This document shows positions 8,214 to 16,753 of a DNA stretch of 58,379 nt, one piece after another. Positions within the stretch are counted from its first letter, which is position 1; every line of letters begins with the position of its first letter. The stretch is from contig CAILQW010000039.1 of assembly GCA_903836515.1 (NCBI GenBank), forward strand, positions 1 to 58,379. Reading direction: 5' to 3'. The notes under the pieces are model-generated. The model was not told the DNA's origin and did not search any database. It saw only the letters and a program-made list of their open reading frames with translations. Position numbers and translations under genes: made by a program. The DNA is from Candidatus Omnitrophota bacterium (lineage in GTDB: Bacteria > Omnitrophota > Gorgyraeia > Zapsychrales > Fredricksoniimonadaceae).

Positions 8214-9290
8214 ATGAAAAAGATCATGGTGGCCATGTCGGGCGGTGTGGATTCATCGGTGGCTGCGGCCCTTTTGCTGGAAGAGGGGTATGATGTGGCC
8301 GGGGTCACCATGTGCTTTGAGCTTCCGCCTGCGTGTGCCGGCGGCCGCCCCAGTTGCTGCGGCCTGGAATCCATCGAAGATGCCCGGCGGGTATGCCGCG
8401 CGTTGGGCGTGGAACATCATGTCCTTAATTACGGTGACATGCTGGAGACGATGGTGATCGCGGATTTTGTAAGTGAATATGCTCAGGGCCGCACGCCCAA
8501 TCCCTGTGTGCGCTGCAACCGCTACCTCAAGTTCGATCGTCTTTTCAGGGATGCCCTCGCGTTGGGGGGCACACACCTGGCTACGGGGCATTATGTGAAG
8601 AATATCCTGCATCCTGGGAGCGGTGTGTATGAACTGCGCAAAGCCGTCGACCCCCGCAAAGATCAGTCCTATTTTCTTTATGGTATTCCGCGGGAGAAAC
8701 TCGAGTTCCTGCTTTTCCCGTTGGGTGGATATATGAAAGACGAGGTGCGCGCCCATGCCAGGCGCTTTAACCTGCCGGTCGCTGAAAAAAAGGAAAGCCA
8801 GGACATTTGTTTTGTACCCGATGGTAAATATCAGGAATTCCTCGCCCGGCACGGCCTTGGGATAGATCGTCCCGGAGATTTTGTGGATCAGAACGGGCGT
8901 GTGGTGGGGGTGCATCATGGGATTTGGCGGTACACCATCGGTCAGCGTGAGGGCCTGGGCATTGCCTTGGGTCATCCGGTGTATGTCAACCGCATCGATC
9001 CTGTGGCCAATACGGTGCATATCGGCCCCCAGGACAGGCTCTTAAGCCAGGGGCTGGAGGCGTCAGGGCTCAACCTTTTGTCAGGTAATTTTTTGCAAGA
9101 AACCATCGAAGCCTCCGTGAAGATAAGGTATAATCACCATGATGTGCGCGCCCTGGTGGATTTTACCGGACAGGATCGTGTCCGTGTCCGTTTTATGGAG
9201 TCGCAGAAATCCGTTGCGCCCGGGCAGTCCGTTGTATTTTACGACGGGGATCTTGTGCTGGGTGGGGCGGTCATTGATAGGGCTTTTTGA
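8214..9290 (+). CDS. mnmA: tRNA 2-thiouridine(34) synthase
   Basis: AMSGGVDS, SCC, TPNPCVRCN, ATGHY, KDQSYFL, ESQDICF, TIGQR, PGQ. Confidence 0.95.
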   Translation: MKKIMVAMSGGVDSSVAAALLLEEGYDVAGVTMCFELPPACAGGRPSCCGLESIEDARRVCRALGVEHHVLNYGDMLETMVIADFVSEYAQGRTPNPCVRCNRYLKFDRLFRDALALGGTHLATGHYVKNILHPGSGVYELRKAVDPRKDQSYFLYGIPREKLEFLLFPLGGYMKDEVRAHARRFNLPVAEKKESQDICFVPDGKYQEFLARHGLGIDRPGDFVDQNGRVVGVHHGIWRYTIGQREGLGIALGHPVYVNRIDPVANTVHIGPQDRLLSQGLEASGLNLLSGNFLQETIEASVKIRYNHHDVRALVDFTGQDRVRVRFMESQKSVAPGQSVVFYDGDLVLGGAVIDRAF

Positions 9291-9314
9291 ATTCTTTAAA
9301 CCCATGGAGGGGAC

Positions 9315-9959
9315 ATGAGGACATTGATCGTTATTCTGTGCGCGTTGTGTATGTGTGCCGGTGTGGCGCAAGCTAAAAAGAAATCCATGCCTGATGGCGT
9401 TTTCCGCACCTATTATCAGAGCGGCGCGATCCAGCGGGAGGAAAATTACAGGAACACCGATCTCGACGGAACGGTTAAAGAGTATTACGAGAACGGTAAG
9501 TTGAAATCCGTACTCAATTATGTCAAGGGCGTGCGGGTGGGGGAGGCCATGACCTATTATGAGAGCGGTGTGAGCAAAACATCCGCGGTGTACAAGGCCA
9601 ACGAGATCGAAGGCGTCTTTAGAACCTATGACAAGGATGGCCTTTTGTCCCGGGAAGAAACATACCAGGCGGGTGTTCTCAGCGGGCCGACCACCCTTTA
9701 TTACCCCGGCGGCGCTATCAAAAAGCAGATGTCGTACAATAATGCCGTTCTCGACGGGTCAGCGGTTGAGTTTGATGAGAGTGGAAAGCCTGTGGCCCAG
9801 GAGTTTTACCGCAACGGGGTCTTGGACAGCCGTGCCGCATACAATGCGGGGGCAGACCTGGCGACAGCCAAAAAGCCTGCTGTGCCCTCCGCAACACTGC
9901 CTCCGGCACCGGCAGCCAAAGTGGCGGCACCTGTAAAAACAACAGAGACAAAGAAGTAA
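9315..9959 (+). CDS. Exported MORN-variant repeat (YwqK-like) protein
   Basis: Signal peptide ending AQA; about six ~24-aa repeats of G...YY.sG.....Y..G; Pro/Ala/Lys tail. Confidence 0.8.
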   Translation: MRTLIVILCALCMCAGVAQAKKKSMPDGVFRTYYQSGAIQREENYRNTDLDGTVKEYYENGKLKSVLNYVKGVRVGEAMTYYESGVSKTSAVYKANEIEGVFRTYDKDGLLSREETYQAGVLSGPTTLYYPGGAIKKQMSYNNAVLDGSAVEFDESGKPVAQEFYRNGVLDSRAAYNAGADLATAKKPAVPSATLPPAPAAKVAAPVKTTETKK

Positions 9960-9974
9960 GGGGAAAAGATCATC

Positions 9975-11249
9975 ATGGGTATCACATTAAACACCGGGTA
10001 TTTGAAAAATTTTGTTACTGAAGCTGAATTGAATGCTTTGGCGCCGCGTGTGCGCCAGGCGCATCAGGATCTGCACCAGAAAACCGGTGCCGGCCATGAG
10101 TTTTTGGGATGGGTCGATCTTCCCGCGAGGACGCCTGACGCCCTGGTGAGGGAGCTGACGTCACTGGCTCAGGAAGTCCGTACGCACTCCCAGGCCATCA
10201 TTTCGATCGGGATCGGCGGGTCGTATCTGGGGATCCGTTCCACCCTGGAATTTCTCGGCGGAGCACCGGCCCTGCCGGTCTATTACGCCGGGCATAACAT
10301 GTCCACGCTCGATATGGCCCGTATCGTCAGGCTCATCGAGGCGCAGGATGTGACGGTGGTGGTTATTTCAAAATCCGGCACCACGACAGAGCCCGCGCTG
10401 GCGCTGCGGATCATCGATGAGGCCATGCGTCGGAAATACAACGCCACGGAAATGAAAAAGCGTATCATCTGCGTCACGGATGAAAAAAAAGGCGCCTTGC
10501 GTCAGGTGGCCGACAAGGCCGGTTATCGTTCGTATGTGATCCCCGATGATGTGGGCGGGCGTTTTTCCGTCCTGACACCTGTTGGGCTGGTGCCGCTCGC
10601 TTTGGCCGGCGTTGATATCCGGGCATTTGTCGACGGGTTCCGTGCCGGGGAAAAGGAATATGCCTGTGCGGATATGGCCAGCAATATATGTTACCGTTAT
10701 GCCGCCCTGCGCAATGTCCTTTACGGCAAGGGCAAGGTCATCGAGATGATGGCGTCCTTTTATCCCAATGTTCAGTATGTGGCGGAGTGGTGGAAACAGC
10801 TTTACGGCGAGAGCGAAGGCAAGGGCGGCAAGGGGATCTTCCCGGCATCCACCATCCTCTCGACGGATTTGCATTCCATGGGACAGCTCATGCAGGACGG
10901 GATGCGCAATATTTTCGAGACGTTCATCATGATCGACAAGGCGGCGGACCGTCTTGTTGTTCCGTCGCAGGCCGAGGACACGGATAAATTCAATTGTGTG
11001 GCGGGCAAGGATTTGGACTGGGTCAACAAGCAGGCGTATGAGGCCACGGCCGACGCCCATTACGAGGGCGGCGTGCCCAATATGCTTTTGACGCTGGAGC
11101 GGGCGGATGCCTTCCATGCCGGCCAGTTGTATTATTTCTTCGAGAAGGGTGTGGGCATTTCAGGTTATATCCTGGGCGTCAATCCCTTTGACCAGCCTGG
11201 TGTCGAGGCATACAAAAAGAAGATGTTTGCCCTTCTGGGAAAAAAATGA
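9975..11249 (+). CDS. pgi: Glucose-6-phosphate isomerase
   Basis: GIGGSYLG, SKSGTTTE, DVGGRFSV, QLYGESEGK, DLHSMGQ, NPFDQPGVEAYK. Confidence 0.95.
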   Translation: MGITLNTGYLKNFVTEAELNALAPRVRQAHQDLHQKTGAGHEFLGWVDLPARTPDALVRELTSLAQEVRTHSQAIISIGIGGSYLGIRSTLEFLGGAPALPVYYAGHNMSTLDMARIVRLIEAQDVTVVVISKSGTTTEPALALRIIDEAMRRKYNATEMKKRIICVTDEKKGALRQVADKAGYRSYVIPDDVGGRFSVLTPVGLVPLALAGVDIRAFVDGFRAGEKEYACADMASNICYRYAALRNVLYGKGKVIEMMASFYPNVQYVAEWWKQLYGESEGKGGKGIFPASTILSTDLHSMGQLMQDGMRNIFETFIMIDKAADRLVVPSQAEDTDKFNCVAGKDLDWVNKQAYEATADAHYEGGVPNMLLTLERADAFHAGQLYYFFEKGVGISGYILGVNPFDQPGVEAYKKKMFALLGKK

Positions 11250-11279
11250 TCTTGTTTCGCCGGGGATGGTGTTGATCCT

Positions 11280-12584
11280 ATGAAATTCATCGCTGACCTT
11301 CATATCCATTCCCGGTATTCCCGCGCGACCTCCAGCGATCTGACGCCGGAGAACTTGTGGCGCTGGGGGCAGTATAAAGGGATCCAGGTTATCGGGACCG
11401 GCGACTGCATCCACCCGGCATGGCTTAAGGAGATCGAGGAAAAGATGGAGCCTGCAGAGGCGGGTTTTTTCCGTCTTGTTCCGGCGTTGGCTGCCAAGGT
11501 TGCTCCCCAGGTCCCTGACCGTTGCCGCGGCGATGTCCGTTTTGTCCTTTCCACCGAGATATCCAGCATTTACAAGAAGAACGGCAAGGTCCGCAAGGTT
11601 CATAGCCTTGTCATCCTGTCGTCGCTCTTGGCCGCGCGTGCGTTCCAGCGACGGCTGGGCGCCATCGGCAATATCATCTCCGACGGCCGGCCGATCCTGG
11701 GGCTTGACGCCAAAGACGTTCTGGCCATTGCCTTGGAATGCGACCCCAGGGTTCTTTTCATCCCGGCGCATATCTGGACTCCGTGGTTCTCCGTCCTGGG
11801 GGCCAAAAGCGGATTTGATACGATGGAGGAATGTTTTGAGGACCTGACGCGGCACGTTTTTGCCGTGGAAACGGGTCTATCGTCGGACCCGCGCATGAAC
11901 TGGCGGTTGCAACAGCTCGATGATTTTATCCTGGTTTCCAATTCCGATGCGCATTCCGCTGCGAAGCTCGGACGGGAAGCCAATATGTTCGATACGGATT
12001 TTTCTTATGCCGGCATGTACCGTGCGCTGGCCGACAAGAATGACAAGGGGTTTTCCGGCACCATCGAATTTTTTCCTGAAGAGGGGAAGTATCATTTTGA
12101 CGGGCACCGCGATTGCCGCGTACGCTTGCATCCTGCGGAGACGATCAAGAGCAAGGGGCTGTGCCCGGTGTGCGGCCGACAGCTGACCGGCGGCGTCATG
12201 TCCCGGGTGGAAGCGCTCGCGGACCGTGCTGAGGGCAGGAAAGCCACCCGGGCGCGGCCGTATCGCCGCCTGATCCCGCTTATGGAGGTGATGGCTGAAG
12301 CCCGGGGTGTGGGCCAGCAGTCCAGGCAGGTGGCGCGTGCCTATATGGAGCTGATCGCCAAGCTCGGCCCGGAACTGGGGATCCTCATGGATGTTCCTTT
12401 GGCCGATATCGCGGCAGTGGACGGGGGCGTGCTGGCCGAAGCCGTAGGGCGTGTGCGGGAAGGCAAGGTCTCGATCGCCGCCGGGTACGACGGGGAGTAT
12501 GGTGTCATCAAGATATTTGATGACAAAGAGCGTAAGGATATTCACGGAAAGAGCCGCATTTTTCATCTGAACTTCAAGGGATAA
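11280..12584 (+). CDS. Endonuclease Q family protein (PHP domain plus Zn ribbon)
   Basis: ADLHIHSRYSRATS, GTGD, PAHIWTP, ETGLSSD, SNSDAHS, GKYH.DGHR.C, CPVCG, GYDGEYG. Confidence 0.88.
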   Translation: MKFIADLHIHSRYSRATSSDLTPENLWRWGQYKGIQVIGTGDCIHPAWLKEIEEKMEPAEAGFFRLVPALAAKVAPQVPDRCRGDVRFVLSTEISSIYKKNGKVRKVHSLVILSSLLAARAFQRRLGAIGNIISDGRPILGLDAKDVLAIALECDPRVLFIPAHIWTPWFSVLGAKSGFDTMEECFEDLTRHVFAVETGLSSDPRMNWRLQQLDDFILVSNSDAHSAAKLGREANMFDTDFSYAGMYRALADKNDKGFSGTIEFFPEEGKYHFDGHRDCRVRLHPAETIKSKGLCPVCGRQLTGGVMSRVEALADRAEGRKATRARPYRRLIPLMEVMAEARGVGQQSRQVARAYMELIAKLGPELGILMDVPLADIAAVDGGVLAEAVGRVREGKVSIAAGYDGEYGVIKIFDDKERKDIHGKSRIFHLNFKG

Positions 12585-12588
12585 ACAT

Positions 12589-13296
12589 ATGATACGTTTG
12601 GGCCAGTTGGTATTGGACACTACGCCGCGCATTGCTGTGGCTGTCACGGACCGTGATCACAACAGCGCGATCGCGGCCGCTCATGCGGATGTCCTGGAAG
12701 TGCGTGCCGATGAGTTTTCGGACACGGATGAGGCCTATGTGACCGGACAGGTCAAGAGGATCCGTGACATCGGTCTACCCATGATCCTTACCGTGCGCAA
12801 TGATCCGGCGGAAGGCGCCCGGCATGCCCTGGAAGACAGCCGGAAATACAGGATATTCGCGGACGCCATCACCTTGGTCGATGCGGTGGATATCGAGTTA
12901 TCGTCGTTGATCAGGGCCGATGTGCGCAAGCTCGCCCAGGACAATGGCAAGGTGGTCATTGTTTCAAAGCACGATTTTCAAAAGACACTTCCGGATGAGG
13001 CGCTTGACGCTTTCTTTCAGGATGCAAAGGGGTTCGGGGCTGACATTGTCAAGATCGCCATGCAGGCCAATACCATCCATGATGTCAGGCGGTTGATGGC
13101 CTTCACGCTGAAACATCAGGAAAGCGCGGTTATCACCGTGTCGCTGGGAACCCGGGGCATGATCTCCCGCCTGGCCCTGCCGGCCATGGGATCGCTGTTG
13201 ACTTACAGTTATATCAGCCAGGCCACCGCGCCAGGCCAGATCCCCCTGGCCGCCCTCCAACAGGACTTCCGCCGTTATTATCCAGATCAATCCTGA
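12589..13296 (+). CDS. aroD: Type I 3-dehydroquinate dehydratase
   Basis: LEVRAD, LTVR...EG, DIEL, SKHDF, IVKIA, SRLA, TAPGQ. Confidence 0.9.
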   Translation: MIRLGQLVLDTTPRIAVAVTDRDHNSAIAAAHADVLEVRADEFSDTDEAYVTGQVKRIRDIGLPMILTVRNDPAEGARHALEDSRKYRIFADAITLVDAVDIELSSLIRADVRKLAQDNGKVVIVSKHDFQKTLPDEALDAFFQDAKGFGADIVKIAMQANTIHDVRRLMAFTLKHQESAVITVSLGTRGMISRLALPAMGSLLTYSYISQATAPGQIPLAALQQDFRRYYPDQS

Positions 13297-13428
13297 TATA
13301 ATAAGGAAGGCCCCCGACTTGCTTTTTCAGGTATTGATGTTGTATAGTTAGGCAAGTGTCACGTTGGACATATTTTCCCGTAGAGATATTTATCCCGCAT
13401 TTTGCAATAGGAACAAAGGAGGCTTGGT

Positions 13429-15753
13429 ATGCGAAAAATCACATCATTTCTGGTATTGGCAACGTTTATCGTCAGCTGTATCATGCCCCCGCAAGGATTC
13501 GCGCAAAGCCTTTCAGCGGTTGGGCTTATGCCCCTGCCAGGGAACATGGTTGCCGTGACGCCTGCATTTACACCGGCGCACTTGTGGGGCATGGCCATGC
13601 ATCCCAATGATCCGTTCAAGTTTGATTTTCTCATCCATCGTGGTAACGAAACCCTGACCGCAGTAGAAAAGACTCAGGAATATACGAAGTTGATCAAATA
13701 TTTCCTCGCGGCGCTCGCGGTGCCTGATACGGACCAGTGGGTCAACCTTTCGCCGTATGAGAAAGACCGCATTATTCCTAATAATTTCGGGTTGACGGAA
13801 ATGGGGCGCGACCTTTTGGCGCAGGATTATCTCTTAAAGCAGCTGGCATCTTCGCTGACGGACCCTGAAAGCCAGCTGGGCAAGAAATTCTGGGATCATG
13901 TGTACGCGCAGGCGCATGAGCGCTTTGGCACGACCAGTGTGCCCACCGATGTGTTTAACAAGGTCTGGATCATGCCGGACAAGGCGGTGGTCTTCGAGAA
14001 GGATAATACCGTGTATGTCCTGGAGAATCACCTGAAGGTCATGACGGACAAAGATTATCTGGCGGCCAGGCATAATGTATCCGGTGATACGCCGGCCGAA
14101 GCCGGGGCCATGGCGGATATTTCTTCCCAGGTGATGAAAGAGGTGATCATTCCGGCCATTGAGACGGAAGTGAACGAGGGCAAGGGCTTTGCGCCGCTGC
14201 GCCAGGTTTACAGCGGGATGCTGTTGGCCACATGGTACAAGCGCACGCTCAAGGAAAGCATTTTAGGGAAGCTGTATGCGGACAAGGGCAAGGTCAAGGG
14301 GGTTGACCAGGATCCCAGGACCAATCAGGAGATTTATAATCAGTACCTCCAGGCGTTTCAAAAGGGCGTGTTCAACATGATCAAGGAGGACGTTGATAAT
14401 TACACCCAGGAAGTGATCCCGCGCAAGTATTTTTCTGGCGGGACAGTGGGGTTTGATCATGCGGCATTAACAACGGGGACCGAACCGCAATTTAAAAAGA
14501 AGTCCGGCGATATGGCTTCTCAGACGGATGTTGTGAGAAGTAGGCTGACAAGTTTAGCAGAAGCTGCCGTGCCTGTTCTTCCGTCGACAACAAACATGAC
14601 TGATGTGATGACCGCGTGGCAGAATGTTAACGTCCCTAGTTATGATCAATTAAAGACGGTCATTGATGTTGTTGCTGATAAGTTTGGGGCCGTACAAGTA
14701 GGGCTTCTTCGGTTGATGAATCTTGAAGCTTCGGCAGCGCAGTTGTTTGCGGATAAACTTCACCAAAAAGACTCACCCGCCGAGTTGTTTTTTGGATTGA
14801 ATGTGGATAAGCTCGTTTCTCAAAGTGTCCTGACACCTGATGGGAAGAGCTTAATTCTCACTATTGATAGAAAGCGTTCGTTGGAGGCGCTGGCAACAGC
14901 GATGCATATTGATATTCCGGACAATGCGGCGATAAGCGCGTTGAAGCAGGGCATACTTATTTTTTCGACTATGTTTGGGCTTTCGGTTTTGTCAGCATCC
15001 AACGTCCAGGCGTTGCCTAAAGATAGCATTGGGCTAGCGCCTGCGAGTATTCGTATAGAAAAAAATATTGCATTCACGAAAGAAGAGCCTAAGAAATTGC
15101 TTCCGCCAGGCAATAGCGGGAGTTTTGTTGTACAAGAGACACCCAAAGCAGTTTTGTTTATTAAGCGAACTACAGAGATACAGAAGCTACCTGTTGGGAC
15201 GTTCGTTATGATAGCGCGTCAGTATTCCAGTGTTGTAGAAACAACATGGAAGCCTTTATCAGGAACATCTTTGCGGCAGATACGTTATGTTCAGAAGAAT
15301 GGTGGTCCATGGATGCAGCAAATTAAAAACAGTGAGGGATCTATAATCATTCAGCATAGAATGAAAAACGGATTTGTTCCTGGGATGAGCAGGCCTTTTA
15401 TTTTTCAGGGTGGGACGATTAAACAGGAAGTGAGTACTCCTGGGGTTTTTATTTATAAAGAAACGTCTACAAAGAAGGTCATTCCGGCAAATACGTCTGG
15501 TAAAAAGCCAGGGGATCTTGCTGAGGCTGATCAAGTCGATAATGCCGCCCTTAAAGGTGGTATCGATTTCGCGCAATCGAATCTGGATATGCAAATCAAG
15601 CGTGACGGCGCCGGGGTGCCGCTGCCCCTCAGTCAGCAGAATCTGGACAACATCAAGATCGACGGCCTGGTGCCGGAAATCTTGAGCATCCAGCCTGCGG
15701 TAAGTGTGCCTTTGTTCAGCGAGGCCCAGGGCTCCATGCCCAGCGCGGCATAA
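13429..15753 (+). CDS. Modular secreted protein 1 (conserved ~340-aa N-domain, variable middle, C-terminal GGID motif)
   Basis: AAGGAGG RBS; signal peptide; N-domain ending PRKYFSGG and C-tail starting GGIDF are homologous to the 38728-40863 protein. Confidence 0.85.
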   Translation: MRKITSFLVLATFIVSCIMPPQGFAQSLSAVGLMPLPGNMVAVTPAFTPAHLWGMAMHPNDPFKFDFLIHRGNETLTAVEKTQEYTKLIKYFLAALAVPDTDQWVNLSPYEKDRIIPNNFGLTEMGRDLLAQDYLLKQLASSLTDPESQLGKKFWDHVYAQAHERFGTTSVPTDVFNKVWIMPDKAVVFEKDNTVYVLENHLKVMTDKDYLAARHNVSGDTPAEAGAMADISSQVMKEVIIPAIETEVNEGKGFAPLRQVYSGMLLATWYKRTLKESILGKLYADKGKVKGVDQDPRTNQEIYNQYLQAFQKGVFNMIKEDVDNYTQEVIPRKYFSGGTVGFDHAALTTGTEPQFKKKSGDMASQTDVVRSRLTSLAEAAVPVLPSTTNMTDVMTAWQNVNVPSYDQLKTVIDVVADKFGAVQVGLLRLMNLEASAAQLFADKLHQKDSPAELFFGLNVDKLVSQSVLTPDGKSLILTIDRKRSLEALATAMHIDIPDNAAISALKQGILIFSTMFGLSVLSASNVQALPKDSIGLAPASIRIEKNIAFTKEEPKKLLPPGNSGSFVVQETPKAVLFIKRTTEIQKLPVGTFVMIARQYSSVVETTWKPLSGTSLRQIRYVQKNGGPWMQQIKNSEGSIIIQHRMKNGFVPGMSRPFIFQGGTIKQEVSTPGVFIYKETSTKKVIPANTSGKKPGDLAEADQVDNAALKGGIDFAQSNLDMQIKRDGAGVPLPLSQQNLDNIKIDGLVPEILSIQPAVSVPLFSEAQGSMPSAA

Positions 15754-15777
15754 CTGGATATTATTGAACAAGTTTGA

Positions 15778-15813
15778 AGCCCGTGCGGGGTTCATCTCCG
15801 CGCGGGTTTTTTT
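15778..15813 (+). terminator. Intrinsic terminator
   Basis: AGCCCGTGCGGGG/CTCCGCGCGGGTT stem followed by T7. Confidence 0.8.
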
Positions 15814-15841
15814 ATTAACGCTCCTTGTGTAATGGCCATGG

Positions 15842-15870
15842 TTGACAGGTATACTTCATTGAAGTATACT
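15842..15870 (+). promoter_or_regulatory. TA promoter with palindromic operator
   Basis: TTGACA (15842-47), 17 nt, TATACT (15865-70); perfect palindrome GTATACTTCA-T-TGAAGTATAC at 15849-15869. Confidence 0.85.
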
Positions 15871-15889
15871 TTGGTCGTGAGGAAAATCT

Positions 15890-16198
15890 ATGGAATTCAT
15901 CGAAACGTCGATCTTTACTAAAGTTTCAAGAGAATTACTGGGGGACGATCAACTGCGACGTTTGCAAACCACCCTTGCGATGTTCCCAACAACAGGAAAA
16001 ATTATTCCCGGGAGCGGAGGTTTAAGGAAATTGCGATGGGTCTTGGATGGCGAAGGCAAGCGCGGTGGATTAAGGGTGATTTATTATTGGGTTACGCAGG
16101 ATGATCAAATATTTCTGTTATATGTGTACAAGAAGTCTGTGCAAGAAGATATGACGGTAGCTGAGTTGAAGATTTTAAGAAAAGCACTGGAGGTGTGA
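15890..16198 (+). CDS. RelE/ParE superfamily toxin (HigB2-like)
   Basis: FIETSIF, G.IIPGSGGLRKLRW, GKRGGLRVIYY, LLYVYKKS..ED. Confidence 0.9.
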   Translation: MEFIETSIFTKVSRELLGDDQLRRLQTTLAMFPTTGKIIPGSGGLRKLRWVLDGEGKRGGLRVIYYWVTQDDQIFLLYVYKKSVQEDMTVAELKILRKALEV

Positions 16199-16199
16199 T

Positions 16200-16490
16200 A
16201 TGGAAAAAGGGCATTTTCAGCGTTTGATCAGCAGTGTCAAAGAGATGAAATCGATCCAAAAAGGTCATAAAAAGGCGGCACGGATAACGAAGGTTGATCC
16301 TGTTTCTCTTAAGTTGATCCGTAAGAGCCTGAATCAGTCGCAGAGTGAGTTTGCTTTTATGATCGGCGTTAGTCCATCGACATTACGGAACTGGGAACAA
16401 GGGCTTCGTCATCCAGATGGGCCCGCGATTGCTTTATTGACTGTGGCGCAGAAGAATCCTGAAGCTGTTTATGCAGCGTTGCATGGCTAG
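16200..16490 (+). CDS. HigA-like Xre HTH antitoxin
   Basis: IRKSLNQSQSEFA..IGVSPSTLRNWEQG.R.PDGPA; toxin-first gene order. Confidence 0.9.
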   Translation: MEKGHFQRLISSVKEMKSIQKGHKKAARITKVDPVSLKLIRKSLNQSQSEFAFMIGVSPSTLRNWEQGLRHPDGPAIALLTVAQKNPEAVYAALHG

Positions 16491-16645
16491 CCTGTATTTT
16501 GTTTTATACGTTCATCAAATCCATGGTGGGCGACGGATTTCATGAATTTCCTTCCATATCCTTTCCAAAAGGGACAAGGTTTCAGTCCACACAATCCTTC
16601 CATATGTAGCTGAATCTCTAGTTTAGGATCGAACGGGTCTCGGTT

Positions 16646-16720
16646 TATTATTTTGACTTATTATCAAAATAATACTTGCTTTCCTGTGAAACATGGTTTA
16701 TATTTTGATAAGAAATCAAA
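16646..16720 (+). promoter_or_regulatory. Promoter of T4SS/T4P operon bracketed by two related operator palindromes
   Basis: TTGCTT (16676-81), 17 nt, TATATT (16699-704); TTTGAY-N5-ATCAAA at 16652-68 and 16704-20. Confidence 0.65.
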
Positions 16721-16753
16721 CAATGGTTGATTTATGGACAAGGAATGGAAGGT

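Noticed and set aside
9315-9959. YwqK-type antitoxin of a toxin-antitoxin pair
   Set aside because: Exported MORN-repeat protein with no neighbouring toxin.
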